A stretch of 64,000 bases of DNA, taken from positions 20,195 to 84,194 of the forward strand of contig CAXMRC010000090.1 of NCBI GenBank assembly GCA_964195945.1, in the 5' to 3' direction. Position numbers and translations under genes: made by a program. Below, in pieces: positions 31,030-41,380 of this stretch. The first letter of the stretch is position 1. Every line of letters begins with the position of its first letter. Origin of the DNA: an uncultured Gemmatimonadales bacterium. Lineage in GTDB: Bacteria; Actinomycetota; Acidimicrobiia; Spongiisociales; UBA5794. The notes beneath the pieces were generated by a model. The model was not told the origin of the DNA. It searched no databases and was given only the letters and a program-made list of their open reading frames with translations.

Positions 31030-31362
31030 AATTCCTCTGCGGCCCCGAGAGACCCATCTCCGCTTCGACATCGAGGCATCTCGGTGCCTCCACCGCCATC
31101 ACATCGCCCGGGTCGATGAGAATCTTGCCCAGCCAGTTCAGCACCCCCCGGCGATCCGCTGGTCACGAGCACCCGATCCGTACTCATCGAACCCGTTGGC
31201 AACCAGCGCACCCATCGACTCCATCGGAAAACTCTCCGGTGGGGGAATCCCCCCAGCGAGCGAAATGGCCTGTGGACGGGCCACGACCTTGAGGATCTCG
31301 CGGATCGCGCTGACGTTCATCCGTGCCGTTCGTGCGGCTAGTTCGAACTCGATCGGGGCCAC
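31030..31362 (-). pseudogene. Internally deleted PLP-dependent aminotransferase (LysN/MocR class I) remnant
   Basis: SAIREILK..ISLAGGIP..ESFP in one frame, then VLVTSGS and LGKILIDPGDVMAVEAP in two other frames; the remainder is missing. Confidence 0.85.
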
Positions 31363-32841
31363 CTATTCCACCCAGTCGAGGCTCCTATCGACTGCCTTCT
31401 TCCAAGAGCCATACAGTGCGTCTCGTCGGCTGGGCTCCATGTCCGAGGTGAATCTGCGATCTTCGGCCCAGTGGGTGCGGAGCTCGTCGATACCCGACCA
31501 GAATCCTGTCGCAAGTCCGGCGGCGTATGCGGCACCGAGGACCGTGGTCTCAATGATCATCGGACGAACCACGTCTACATCGAGAATGTCGGCCTGGAAT
31601 TGCATCAGGAGCTCGTTGACGACCATGCCGCCATCCACTTTTAACTCGTTCATCTCAACGCCGGAATCTGCTTCCATGGCCTCGAGTACGTCGCGGCTTT
31701 GATATGCGACCGCTTCGAGCACGGATCGGGCTACGTGGCCGGCCTCGCTGAATCGAGTTAGGCCGGCGATGATGCCCCGTGCATCGGAACGCCAGTAAGG
31801 AGCAAACAAACCGGAGAAGGCCGGCACGAAGTACACGTCTCCGTTGTCCTCGACCGACGCAGCCAATGGCTCAACATCAGGGGCCGCTTCGATCATCCGC
31901 ATCTGATCGCGCAGCCACTGCACGCCGGAACCCGCTATTGCCACTGACCCCTCGAGGGCGTAGCGGGCCTTGCCGTTTGCCACCTGGTACGCAACGGTGG
32001 TCAGCAGACCCTTGGTCGAAGGGACTATCTGCATCCCGGTATTCAAGAGCATGAAACAGCCTGTCCCATATGTGTTCTTGGCGTCGCCGGGGTTGAAACA
32101 CGCCTGCCCGAACATGGCCGCTTGCTGATCGCCCAAGATGCCGGCAACCGGAACACCGTCTAAGACTCCCGTGCCTCGTCCAATAAGCCCTATTGATGGC
32201 ACGATCTTGGGGAGCACCGACTTGGGGATGTTGAAGATAGAGACGATTTCTTGGTCCCAGTCCAGCGTCTCGAGATCCATGAGCATCGTTCTGCTGGCGT
32301 TGGTTACGTCGGTGACGTGCTGGCCCGCCAACTTCCACATGATCCACGAGTCCATGGTTCCAAAACGAACCTCGCCGGCGATGGCACGGCCCCTGAGGCC
32401 GGGAACGTTGTCTAGCAACCAGCGCAGCTTGGGACCGGCAAAGTAGGTGGCAAGAGGAAGACCCGTTTTGGACCGGAAGCGATCGGCGCCGACGTCGCCG
32501 CCGAGTTGGCGACAGAGTTCGTCAGTTCTGGTGTCCTGCCACACGATGGCTGGTGCCAGTGGCTCCCCGGTGGTGGCGTCCCACACGAGCGTTGTCTCGC
32601 GTTGGTTGGAGAGACCAACTGCCGCGAGTTCGGAACGGTCAATCCCGGCGTCGGCGAGAGCCGCAGCAATGACCTCTTCGGTATTTTCCCAGATCTCCGT
32701 GGCGTCGTGTTCAACCCACCCCGGCTGGGGCATCAATTGGGCATGTTCCTTCTGGGCCATGCCGACGAATGCTCCGCCGTGATCCACGATCGCAAATCGA
32801 GTGCTTGTCGTTCCTTGATCGATTGCCCCAACGTATGCCAC
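31363..32841 (-). CDS. glpK: Glycerol kinase
   Basis: [44 protein letters not shown]. Confidence 0.98.
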   Translation of the reverse strand: MAYVGAIDQGTTSTRFAIVDHGGAFVGMAQKEHAQLMPQPGWVEHDATEIWENTEEVIAAALADAGIDRSELAAVGLSNQRETTLVWDATTGEPLAPAIVWQDTRTDELCRQLGGDVGADRFRSKTGLPLATYFAGPKLRWLLDNVPGLRGRAIAGEVRFGTMDSWIMWKLAGQHVTDVTNASRTMLMDLETLDWDQEIVSIFNIPKSVLPKIVPSIGLIGRGTGVLDGVPVAGILGDQQAAMFGQACFNPGDAKNTYGTGCFMLLNTGMQIVPSTKGLLTTVAYQVANGKARYALEGSVAIAGSGVQWLRDQMRMIEAAPDVEPLAASVEDNGDVYFVPAFSGLFAPYWRSDARGIIAGLTRFSEAGHVARSVLEAVAYQSRDVLEAMEADSGVEMNELKVDGGMVVNELLMQFQADILDVDVVRPMIIETTVLGAAYAAGLATGFWSGIDELRTHWAEDRRFTSDMEPSRRDALYGSWKKAVDRSLDWVE

Positions 32842-32867
32842 CTGATCCCCTTATGGTTGAGTGGTGC

Positions 32868-33443
32868 TCAGCTACCGCCGCTGGATGATCCTGTCAGGTG
32901 CTGTGCTGCTTGACCTCCGTCAACGACGAACCGTTCCACGACATCGGCTGCTAGCTCGATGAGAAGATCGATCTCCGGCTGCTCCTTCGACGCAAAGCGG
33001 CGCAACACAAAGTCGGCGGGGTCCATTCTGCCTGGCGGACGGCCAACTCCACACTTGAGCCGCCAGAACTCCTGTGATCCGAGCGAACCAATAACCGAGC
33101 GCGCGCCATTGTTGCCGCCCGAGCCCCGGTCATATTGCAGACGCATGCGGGCAAACGGCAAGTCGATGTCATCATGCAGAATTAGGAGGCCATCAGGTTC
33201 TGAGCTGAAGTAGCGGAGCAACGGAGCAACCGCTTGACCCGACTCATTCATGAACGTGGTTGGCATTGCCAGCACCGTGCGGACACCTTCGATGCGGACC
33301 TCGCTCACCTCGGCGCGGACCGTGCGCCTGGCACGTCTGAACGACCCCCCGTGACGACGGGCGAGAGCAGCAACAACGTCGGCTCCGAGATTGTGCCGCG
33401 TGTGCTGATAGCGTTCGCCAGGGTTGCGAAGCCCGACGATCAC
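32868..33443 (-). CDS. pth: Peptidyl-tRNA hydrolase
   Basis: VGLRNPG..Y..TRHNLG, TFMNESG, HDDIDL, GVGRP. Confidence 0.96.
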   Translation of the reverse strand: MIVGLRNPGERYQHTRHNLGADVVAALARRHGGSFRRARRTVRAEVSEVRIEGVRTVLAMPTTFMNESGQAVAPLLRYFSSEPDGLLILHDDIDLPFARMRLQYDRGSGGNNGARSVIGSLGSQEFWRLKCGVGRPPGRMDPADFVLRRFASKEQPEIDLLIELAADVVERFVVDGGQAAQHLTGSSSGGS

Positions 33444-33475
33444 GGGAACTGAAGAAGAAGAGGTCGAGGAGACGG

Positions 33476-34144
33476 TTACCCCTCTTCCTCCACAACAGCT
33501 TCTTCGCCTTCTTCGCCTTCGGCAAGTGGTTCGATTGGCTCGCCGTCTTCGTCGACCTCGGTGAGCACCGCAACCTCTTCCTCCACGCGAGGGAGAAGGA
33601 CGGTGACGAGCGGTCGGTCAAGCTCGTCGGTGTATTCAACGCCTTCGATGACGGGAAGGTCGGAGACCTTCAGCGTGTCGCCGGTAGCCATCTCTTCGAT
33701 GGCGACCGTGATTGAATCCGGAATCGCAGCGGGAAGAGCCAAGATGTTGACTGTCATGGCGATGGATTCGACGAAACCACCGTCTTCGATGACACCGAGC
33801 GGCGTTCCGACGTAGTCCACACGGATCTCGGCGGCAATGGCCTCGTCCATGGAAATCTGGATGAGATCAAGATGAATGACCTCGCCACGCACCGGATGAC
33901 GCTGTACCTCACGAGCGACAGCGAGGACTTTGTCGCCACCCTCGATATCAACGTTGATAAGGGCGTTACGACCAGCTGCAGTGTGCAGGACGCCGTAGAG
34001 CTCACGACCGTTGACGGTGATTGACTTGGCATCAACATTCTTGCCGTAGACCATTGCCGGAACCAAGCCTTCGCGTCGTAGACGCTTGGCCGGGCGCGTC
34101 CCGAATACAGCGCGGGGCTGGGCGCGTAGCGTCACCTGGTCCAT
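33476..34144 (-). CDS. rplY: 50S ribosomal protein L25/Ctc
   Basis: LRREGLVPAMVYG, VQRHPV..HLDL, acidic tail; GAGGAG RBS. Confidence 0.96.
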   Translation of the reverse strand: MDQVTLRAQPRAVFGTRPAKRLRREGLVPAMVYGKNVDAKSITVNGRELYGVLHTAAGRNALINVDIEGGDKVLAVAREVQRHPVRGEVIHLDLIQISMDEAIAAEIRVDYVGTPLGVIEDGGFVESIAMTVNILALPAAIPDSITVAIEEMATGDTLKVSDLPVIEGVEYTDELDRPLVTVLLPRVEEEVAVLTEVDEDGEPIEPLAEGEEGEEAVVEEEG

Positions 34145-34449
34145 TGTTCACGTCTCCTCGTAAATGGTAAATCGGGTTTGGGGCGCCGCACAGATGCTGC
34201 GAACGCGATAGAACGGCCCATATTATGCGCTATTGAGCGTCGCTAGGCAAAGAGAAGACCCGGGGCCACCTTCTACTACCGAGGAAATCCCGCGACAGTG
34301 AGAGGTCTTGCGACAGATTCAACGGCTCTTCAGGTGCTGACGGCGGGCGTAGTTCAGGAAGTTTCTGTTCACAGAGTGTCCTCAATGGACGATCCCATTC
34401 GTAGGTAGGGTGAGTGCGGGAACCGCCCGCAACAACGCAAGGAGCACCA

Positions 34450-34812
34450 ATGAGCCAGTACCTGTTGTCTATGCACACCGTAGAGGGCGAGACCCGCACC
34501 CAGCCGACTCCCGAGGAGATGCAGACGTTCATGGAGCGCATCAATGCCCTCGAAGCGGATATGAGGGCAACCGGTGCGTTTGTCTTCACGGGGGGACTCC
34601 ATGGTCCCGACACGGCGACGGTAGTCCGCAGGAGCGACGGCGAACTTGTCATGACTGACGGGCCGTTCGCTGAGTCAAAGGAACACATCGGTGGGTTCTA
34701 CGTCATCAACGCCGACGATCTCGATGCCGCGTTGGCCTGGGCCGGCAAGGTCGTAGACGCGGTCAACCATCCGATCGAAGTCCGCCCGTTCCACGATTCG
34801 CGCGGTGGCTGA
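34450..34812 (+). CDS. YciI/DGPF family protein
   Basis: [21 protein letters not shown]; AAGGAG RBS. Confidence 0.92.
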   Translation: MSQYLLSMHTVEGETRTQPTPEEMQTFMERINALEADMRATGAFVFTGGLHGPDTATVVRRSDGELVMTDGPFAESKEHIGGFYVINADDLDAALAWAGKVVDAVNHPIEVRPFHDSRGG

Positions 34813-36118
34813 GGGCGTGACTCATGTCGCCGCCGATCGGGAAGCGACCACCGTTGGGCGCGTCTTCCGTGACGTGTACGGCCAAGCAGTGGCGACGCTG
34901 GTCCGCGTCTTCGGCGACATCACGCTTGCCGAAGACGCGGTCCAGGATGCATTCGTCGTGGCCAGTGACCGATGGCGCCACGATGGTATTCCGCCCAACC
35001 CGGCGGGGTGGATTATTACCACGGCACGAAACCGCGCTATTGACGATTTCCGCCGCTCGGCGCGGGGCCGGGAACTCCACGAACAGCTTCGGGCAGTCGC
35101 CAGCCCATCGCAGGACTCGGGGGCTGACGCCGGGAACGCTTCAGGCCCGTGGGGAGAGGACGGACCTGTGAGCGATGACCAACTCCGACTTATCTTCACC
35201 TGCTGTCACCCGGCGCTACGAACCGAGCACCAGGTTGCCTTGACCCTCCGCCTGCTGGGCGGGATGAGTGTCGATGAGGTGGCCCGCTCGTTCCTGGTCA
35301 GCGAGTCGGCGATGGCGAAACGACTCGTCAGGGCCAAATACAAAATCAAGGCCGCCAAAATCCCTTATCGCGTCCCAGCGGAAGCCGATCTACCCGAGCG
35401 GCTCCGCGCGGTCCTATCGGTGGTGTACCTCATCTACAACACCGGGGCCGACGGTCGGGAACGCGCCTCGTTGCGGATCGACGCGATTCGACTCGCCCGC
35501 GCACTGGTCAAGTTGATGCCCGACGAACCCGAGGCAGCCGGGCTGCTCGCACTGATGCTGCTCAGCGAGTCGCGGGTACTGGCACGCACAGCCGAGGGAG
35601 CTCTCGTGCTCCTGCGCGATCAGGACCGGGCCGAGTGGGATCACGCCATGATTGAGGAGGGACACAGCATCGTGCACGCTTGCATTCGTCGTGATCAACC
35701 AGGACCCTTCCAACTCCAGGCCGCGATCCAAGCCGTTCACTGCGATGCCGATTCGTTCGAAGTAACCGACTGGCACCAGATCGTCGCTCTCTACGACCAC
35801 CTCTTCACGATCATGCCTACGCCCGTGGTTGCGCTTAATCGAGCCATCGCCATTGGAGAGATCGAGGGCCCCGGAGCGGCGCTCACCGCGCTCGACGCAA
35901 TCGCGCCCGACCTCGACAACTATCACTTGATGCACGCGGCCCGCGGCTCAACATTGCGTCGACTCGGAAAACGAGACGCAGCGAAAGCCGCCTACGAACG
36001 CGCCGTCCACCTCGCCGCGACGGACACAGACCGGCGGTTTCTCGAGCAACAAGTCAAAGCGTTGACCGACTCATCTAGTAGCGGGGACGGCGACGCTGTA
36101 GCCGCTAGCCGGCGATGA
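34805..36118 (+). CDS. ECF sigma factor with C-terminal TPR extension (ECF42-type)
   Basis: [46 protein letters not shown]; paired with the DGPF gene. Confidence 0.92.
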   Translation: MAEGVTHVAADREATTVGRVFRDVYGQAVATLVRVFGDITLAEDAVQDAFVVASDRWRHDGIPPNPAGWIITTARNRAIDDFRRSARGRELHEQLRAVASPSQDSGADAGNASGPWGEDGPVSDDQLRLIFTCCHPALRTEHQVALTLRLLGGMSVDEVARSFLVSESAMAKRLVRAKYKIKAAKIPYRVPAEADLPERLRAVLSVVYLIYNTGADGRERASLRIDAIRLARALVKLMPDEPEAAGLLALMLLSESRVLARTAEGALVLLRDQDRAEWDHAMIEEGHSIVHACIRRDQPGPFQLQAAIQAVHCDADSFEVTDWHQIVALYDHLFTIMPTPVVALNRAIAIGEIEGPGAALTALDAIAPDLDNYHLMHAARGSTLRRLGKRDAAKAAYERAVHLAATDTDRRFLEQQVKALTDSSSSGDGDAVAASRR

Positions 36119-36509
36119 AGCTGAACCTGACTGCTCGGTCCGGATTGTCGGTGTTGGGGTCGATGAGCACGATCGACTGCCATTTCCCCAAGCCGAGCTC
36201 GCCCGCGATCACAGGTACCGAGGTCGACGGCGAGACAATGCCGGGAAGCACGTGGTCCGCACCGTGCCCCGGGCTGCCGTGCCTGTGTCGGTAGCGGTCA
36301 ACCCGAGGGATCAGGTCATCGATGATGCTCATGAGATCATCGTCGCTCCCCGCTCCGGTCTCGATGATTGCGATGCCGGCGGTGGCGTGCGGCACAAAGA
36401 TGTTTAGCAGCCCATCACCCGCTCCGCTCACAAAGCGGGCAGCCTCTCTTGTGATGTCAAATACACCCCTTCTACTCCCGGTGTGGATGCTGATGACCTC
36501 GGTCTTCAT
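36105..36509 (-). CDS. yjbQ: YjbQ family protein (secondary thiamine-phosphate synthase)
   Basis: [27 protein letters not shown]. Confidence 0.9.
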   Translation of the reverse strand: MKTEVISIHTGSRRGVFDITREAARFVSGAGDGLLNIFVPHATAGIAIIETGAGSDDDLMSIIDDLIPRVDRYRHRHGSPGHGADHVLPGIVSPSTSVPVIAGELGLGKWQSIVLIDPNTDNPDRAVRFSFIAG

Positions 36510-36947
36510 GTGGATCGCCCCCTTCTTCTCACGCCCGCTCCGAGACGACGACTTCTTTCGTACGGGAAGATCTCGATCACCTCTCCGGCTCGAACCCGGT
36601 CTTGGACCCGTTGCCAGAATCGAACCCCGAACAGGTCTGCGTGGTGCTGCTCGAGCACTTCACGCAGCTCACCTCGCACCCCAAGGAAATTGCGAAACTC
36701 CTCGGGGAAGACATCGCTGTCCCCAACCCCGAACCACGGTTCTGCCGACATCTCGCGGTCTGGATCCAACGTCTGCGGCATCTCCCGAAAGTTGCACTCG
36801 GTGAGTTTGGTCAGCTCGTCATAGGCCATGCCAATCCCTGGCTTCGAACCGTTCCCCCGCCCGTTCAGTTATCGCGGCGAACTCGTCGCAGTAGTCCTGA
36901 AATTCGCTAATCGCGATCTGTGCGATGTGGTCCGCGGACCCGGTCAC
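36506..36947 (-). pseudogene. aceK: Isocitrate dehydrogenase kinase/phosphatase with large internal deletion
   Basis: N-terminal 42 aa (IAQIAISEFQDY..F..ITERAGERFEARDWHG*) joined out of frame to the C-terminal YDEL..LTECNFR..EPWF.V..DVFPEEF...FPY. Confidence 0.88.
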
Positions 36948-37915
36948 ATGTTTTCGCCCTTGAAGATGGCACTGACCGAGGCATCTGTGAAAATGGCGTT
37001 GATGGCTCCGGCTAGCACCGCACCGATAGACAGGACCGTAAGCGATTGCAGATCTGTGGCGTCGTCGGGGACTGGCAACGTGTTGCTGATGACGACCTCA
37101 CTGATGCCCGAGTTCTTTAAGCGATCGACTGCAGGGTCGGACATGATCCCGTGGGTGGCGGCAAGTCGAACACTGAGCGCCCCCCTCTGCTGCAACAGGT
37201 CGGCAGCACCGACTGCGCTGCCCGCGGTGTCAATGATGTCGTCGACGATGATGCAGTGACGCCCGTTGATATCGCCGACTACCTCGAGAGACTCGGACTT
37301 GTTCCGGACGTCGGAACTGCGTCGCTTGTCGATAAACGCAACAGCAGCATCGAGATGTCTGGCGTAGCGTGCTGCCCTCTTCACTCCACCCGCGTCCGGC
37401 GACACGATGGTCGTGGGTCCGGCCAGCGTCTTCGCCAGGTAATCGACAAACACAGGAAGGGCGGTGAGGTGATCAAACGGGACATCGACAAAGCCCTGGA
37501 TCTGGCCTGTGTGTAGATCCACTGACGCAAGACGGTCGGCTCCGGCGGTCACAAACAGGTCGCCCATGAGTTTGGCAGTAATTGCTTCACGCGGTCGGCC
37601 CTTTTTGTCCTGCCTCGCATATCCGTAATAAGGGATTACCGCAGTGATCCTCTTGGCCGACGCCCTCTTCAAGGCGTCGATCATGATCAGCTGCTCAACG
37701 ATGTGAAAGTTGATCGGCGAAACGTGGCTCTGAACGACGAAGCAGTCCGCTCCACGCACACTCTCAGTGAAGTGTATGTAGATCTCGCTATCGGCGAAGA
37801 CCTCACGTTCGACACCCCCGAGATCGGTTCCAAGAATGTTGGCTACCTCACGGGCCAGGCCTTCGTTGGCAGAGCCTGCGAACACCATTAGACGTTTTCG
37901 GCTGGTGATCTCCAC
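36944..37915 (-). CDS. prs: Ribose-phosphate pyrophosphokinase
   Basis: PYYGYARQDKK, VDLH, VSPDAGG, VDDIIDTAGS; GGAGG RBS before GTG 37915. Confidence 0.97.
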   Translation of the reverse strand: MEITSRKRLMVFAGSANEGLAREVANILGTDLGGVEREVFADSEIYIHFTESVRGADCFVVQSHVSPINFHIVEQLIMIDALKRASAKRITAVIPYYGYARQDKKGRPREAITAKLMGDLFVTAGADRLASVDLHTGQIQGFVDVPFDHLTALPVFVDYLAKTLAGPTTIVSPDAGGVKRAARYARHLDAAVAFIDKRRSSDVRNKSESLEVVGDINGRHCIIVDDIIDTAGSAVGAADLLQQRGALSVRLAATHGIMSDPAVDRLKNSGISEVVISNTLPVPDDATDLQSLTVLSIGAVLAGAINAIFTDASVSAIFKGENM

Positions 37916-38000
37916 GGCGGGTGGATCCTCCGATGGGCTGTCGGTCGGAAGGCTAGCTGGCATGCGCGCGAACAACCAAAGTTTCGGGTTCGTGCCGGAT

Positions 38001-38741
38001 CTATTTGGTGCCAGACAAGCGCTGTTGCAGAATTGACGTGACGGCAGCGAGTTGATCGACCGAATTGACCCCAAGGCCTTCCTCCGGGTCGGCCCGGTGT
38101 GCCGCAATTCTGTGTCCGTCCCCGACGAGAATCCCAATAGCGTCTGTCAAGTAATACTCGCCTTGTGCATTCTCTTTGCTGGTGCGGGCAAGAGCTCCAG
38201 ATAGCCACTGTCCGGTGAACACGTATACCGACGTATTGACCTCATTAATGAGCAGTTGCTCCGGAGAGGCATCCTTGACCTCAACGATGGCAATCACCGA
38301 GCCATCGGAACGGATAACCCTGCCATACGCCCCCGGTTGTTCGAGTTCGACTGTCAGGAGGGTCGCGGCCGCTCCGCTCTGTCTATGTAGCTCGACGAGT
38401 TCGGCCAGGGTTCCGCCGCGCACCAGCGGCATGTCCCCTGGCATGACGATGACATCGTCATCCAGACCGATGTCGAGAACGGCAAGACCGATCTTCGTGG
38501 CATGACCGGTACCCAGCTGCTCTTCCTGCAATACCGATCCGACCTCGCCAGGCAAAACGTCACGAACAGCATCGGCTTGGTGACCGACGACAACGACCGT
38601 TTCCACGCTACCGGCTGTGGCGACCGCATCGAGGACCCACGAGAGCATGGGTCGACCAGCAACCGGGTGGAGCACCTTGGCCAGGTCGGATTGCATTCTT
38701 GTGCCTTTGCCGGCGCCGAGAACTATCGCCTTCAACGCCAT
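38001..38741 (-). CDS. glmU: GlcNAc-1-P uridylyltransferase (GlmU N-terminal domain only)
   Basis: LGAGKGTRM.S..KVLH, EQLGTGHA, GDMPL, YGR, EYYLTD, GVNS; ends at about 246 aa with no hexapeptide domain. Confidence 0.88.
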   Translation of the reverse strand: MALKAIVLGAGKGTRMQSDLAKVLHPVAGRPMLSWVLDAVATAGSVETVVVVGHQADAVRDVLPGEVGSVLQEEQLGTGHATKIGLAVLDIGLDDDVIVMPGDMPLVRGGTLAELVELHRQSGAAATLLTVELEQPGAYGRVIRSDGSVIAIVEVKDASPEQLLINEVNTSVYVFTGQWLSGALARTSKENAQGEYYLTDAIGILVGDGHRIAAHRADPEEGLGVNSVDQLAAVTSILQQRLSGTK

Positions 38742-38813
38742 GGCCACCACCGCTCGTTCCGTGCGACCGACCGCTGCTATCGACGCGATCAACCGCTGCG
38801 ACTGAAGATTTCG

Positions 38814-38885
38814 CTGGGGGACCAGGACTCGAACCCGGACTGCTTGGACCAAAACCAAGGGTGCTGCCGATTACACCATCCCCCA
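38814..38885 (-). tRNA. tRNA-Gln(TTG)
   Basis: TGGGGGATGGTGTAATCGGCAGCACCCTTGGTTTTGGTCCAAG...GGTTCGAGTCC; typical position upstream of glmU. Confidence 0.96.
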
Positions 38886-38944
38886 CTGGTGGGGTGCCCC
38901 TCGCTACTGGGGCGGAGCAAGATTGTAGCGAAGAAGACGGGCGA

Positions 38945-39799
38945 CTAGTCGCCGGTGATCGCCCATCCCCTGCCCGCAAGCTCGCAGGCTTCCGCATATC
39001 GGCTCCCACCGGGTATCGCACCAACGGCTTCATCTGCCTCGTTTCGGTCGAGAAAGAAGGCATACAGCGATGGACCGCTGCCGGACAACATAACCGCCCG
39101 ACCCCACCGGTCTTCGAGTTCGGAGCGCCAGTCAGCGATCTCGGGGGCCAGGGCTGTCGCGGCCGGATAGAGATCGTTCACCAGGTCGCCTTGTCCACGA
39201 AGCACCGGCGGCAGTTGGTTCTGCGCTATCTGCAGCCCGGTCGGCCCGCCCATCTCATCCCACTTACGAAATGCCGCCGGGGTTGAGATCTCTACAGACG
39301 GGACCACTACTGCCAGCGCAAAACCGTTCAGCGGATCGAGAGATTCGATCATGTCGCCCCGCCCGCTCACACGGGCTGTCCCGCCGGTGAGACAGAACGG
39401 AACATCAGAACCAAGTTGCGGAGCTAGCCGGTGCAGAGTCGCGATGTCGACACCGAAATAGCGGCCTGCCATCGCCAACGCCGCCGCGGCGTCGGCACTT
39501 CCACCGCCAAGGCCGGCTGCGGTAGGGATAGTCTTATCGAGGGTCATCGCCACCGGCTGCGAAGAGCCAGCTTCGTAGCGGACCACGGAGACGGCACGGA
39601 ACGCCAGATTGTCAAGGCCGTCGGGAATGGGCTTAGCACTGATTGCGGAGATTCCGTCGATCTCCGCAGCCGCCAGTTGCAGCGAGTCGGCGATATCGAC
39701 GGATTGAAAAATCCCGTCGATGGGATGGAACCCGTCTTCGCGACGGGCACCGACGCGTAACCCCAGGTTGACCTTGGCATAGGCCTGTCCCGCGATCAC
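38945..39799 (-). CDS. ispE: 4-diphosphocytidyl-2C-methyl-D-erythritol kinase
   Basis: AKVNLGL, IPTAAGLGGGSADAAA, GSDVPF, LSGSGP. Confidence 0.95.
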   Translation of the reverse strand: MIAGQAYAKVNLGLRVGARREDGFHPIDGIFQSVDIADSLQLAAAEIDGISAISAKPIPDGLDNLAFRAVSVVRYEAGSSQPVAMTLDKTIPTAAGLGGGSADAAAALAMAGRYFGVDIATLHRLAPQLGSDVPFCLTGGTARVSGRGDMIESLDPLNGFALAVVVPSVEISTPAAFRKWDEMGGPTGLQIAQNQLPPVLRGQGDLVNDLYPAATALAPEIADWRSELEDRWGRAVMLSGSGPSLYAFFLDRNEADEAVGAIPGGSRYAEACELAGRGWAITGD

Positions 39800-40602
39800 G
39801 GCATCACCGCAGCGAGACGCACAAACTCAGTCGCGGGCAGATCTTCGGGGCGGGCCGTCTCGTCGATACCGGCGGCAGCAAGTATCTCCGATGGATTCTC
39901 AACGAGAGATGCAAGGGATCGCCGCAACATCTTGCGTCTCTGCTGAAACACCGCGGCTGCAATCTCGATCGCCCGCTCCGCTCCCTCTGGGGCCGACTTA
40001 CGGATGAGTTCGACAACTGCGGATTCGACGTCCGGGACCGGAAAGAACACCTCGGGAGGGACCGTGAAAGCAAGGCGGGTATCTGCGTGCAAAGCCGCAA
40101 CGATGGACGGAACTCCGTATGCCTTGCTCCCGGGAAGGGCAACGAGACGATCAGCCACCTCTCGCTGCACCATCACTATGAGGCGCGTCACCGCGGGCGC
40201 TAGACGCAAGGTGTCGAGAAGGAGAGGGGTCCCGATGTTGTACGGAAGATTGGCAACCATCGTCCAGGGACCGGTGGCGAAGGTTGCACCTAAATCCACC
40301 TTCGTCACGTCTTCACTACGAAGCTCCACGTTGGTATCTGTGAGCACGTCCCTCAGCACTGGCAGCAGCCGCTCATCAACTTCGTAGGCGGTGACTGATG
40401 CACCGGTTGCAGCCAGCGCCCTGGTCAGGGTGCCGGTACCGGCACCCACTTCGACGACGAGGTCGGTTGGTCCCACTCCGGCCGTGCGGACGATCCGCTC
40501 GACGAGATTGGGGTCGGCAAGGAAGTTCTGACCGAGGGATCGCCTTGGTCGGATGCCGTGGGCGTCAAGCAACGCCTTGATTTCGCCGCGACCTTGCGCC
40601 AT
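39796..40602 (-). CDS. rsmA: 16S rRNA dimethyltransferase
   Basis: LGQNFL, EVGAGTG, ANLPYNI, MVQREVA. Confidence 0.96.
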   Translation of the reverse strand: MAQGRGEIKALLDAHGIRPRRSLGQNFLADPNLVERIVRTAGVGPTDLVVEVGAGTGTLTRALAATGASVTAYEVDERLLPVLRDVLTDTNVELRSEDVTKVDLGATFATGPWTMVANLPYNIGTPLLLDTLRLAPAVTRLIVMVQREVADRLVALPGSKAYGVPSIVAALHADTRLAFTVPPEVFFPVPDVESAVVELIRKSAPEGAERAIEIAAAVFQQRRKMLRRSLASLVENPSEILAAAGIDETARPEDLPATEFVRLAAVMP

Positions 40603-41378
40603 CAGCCGGCACCGTATCTGAAGACGCGTCGTGCAGTGCTCGAAGTCAGCCGAGCCACTTCCCCGACATCGATGCCCCACACCTCAGCGACTCGGGCCCC
40701 GGCGATGGGGACAAACGATGGCTCATTCGGCTGGTCGCGGTGGGACTGGGGAGAAAGATAGGGTGTGTCGGTTTCTACCATGGACCGCTCTGGAGGGGCC
40801 ACGGCGACAGCCCGACGAACGGTGTCCGCGGTCGGATAGGTGACCATTCCCGCAAACGAGAAGGTCACGCCAAGAGCGTCAAAACGTTTAGTCCACTTCG
40901 GTCCGCCGGTCCAACTGTGCAGAATCACTTGTTCCCCGAGGGCCGCCTGTGCAACATCCTCGTAGATGTCGGTGAACGAATCTCGACAATGCACGATGAT
41001 CGGCTTGTCGAGGTCGGCGGCAAGCTGGAGTTGACGGCGGAACACTTCCCGCTGCACCGAGCGAGGCGAGAGGTCCCGGTAGTAGTCGAGACCGCATTCG
41101 CCAATGGCGTCGGCCTCCGTAATGAGCGCAGTCAAGCGCGCCTCCTGATCGACCCAACTCGTGGCGTCATGGGGATGCAAGCCTGCAGCCCACATCACCC
41201 TGTCGGGACTGGCGAGCGAAATCCGACGCGCTTCTAATGAGGTTTCGAGATCGATCCCTGGGCACATCAGCCAGTCAACGCCGGCGTCGTTCGCCCTATC
41301 GAGCAGCACCTCCGGGTCGTCTTCAGACGCAAAGAGGTGACAGTGGCTATCCACCCACCGTGGTTGAGACCCTGCCAT
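40602..41378 (-). CDS. tatD: TatD family hydrolase
   Basis: DSHCHL, GLHPH, IGECGLDYY, VHCRD, ETDTPYL. Confidence 0.95.
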   Translation of the reverse strand: MAGSQPRWVDSHCHLFASEDDPEVLLDRANDAGVDWLMCPGIDLETSLEARRISLASPDRVMWAAGLHPHDATSWVDQEARLTALITEADAIGECGLDYYRDLSPRSVQREVFRRQLQLAADLDKPIIVHCRDSFTDIYEDVAQAALGEQVILHSWTGGPKWTKRFDALGVTFSFAGMVTYPTADTVRRAVAVAPPERSMVETDTPYLSPQSHRDQPNEPSFVPIAGARVAEVWGIDVGEVARLTSSTARRVFRYGAG

Positions 41379-41380
41379 CG

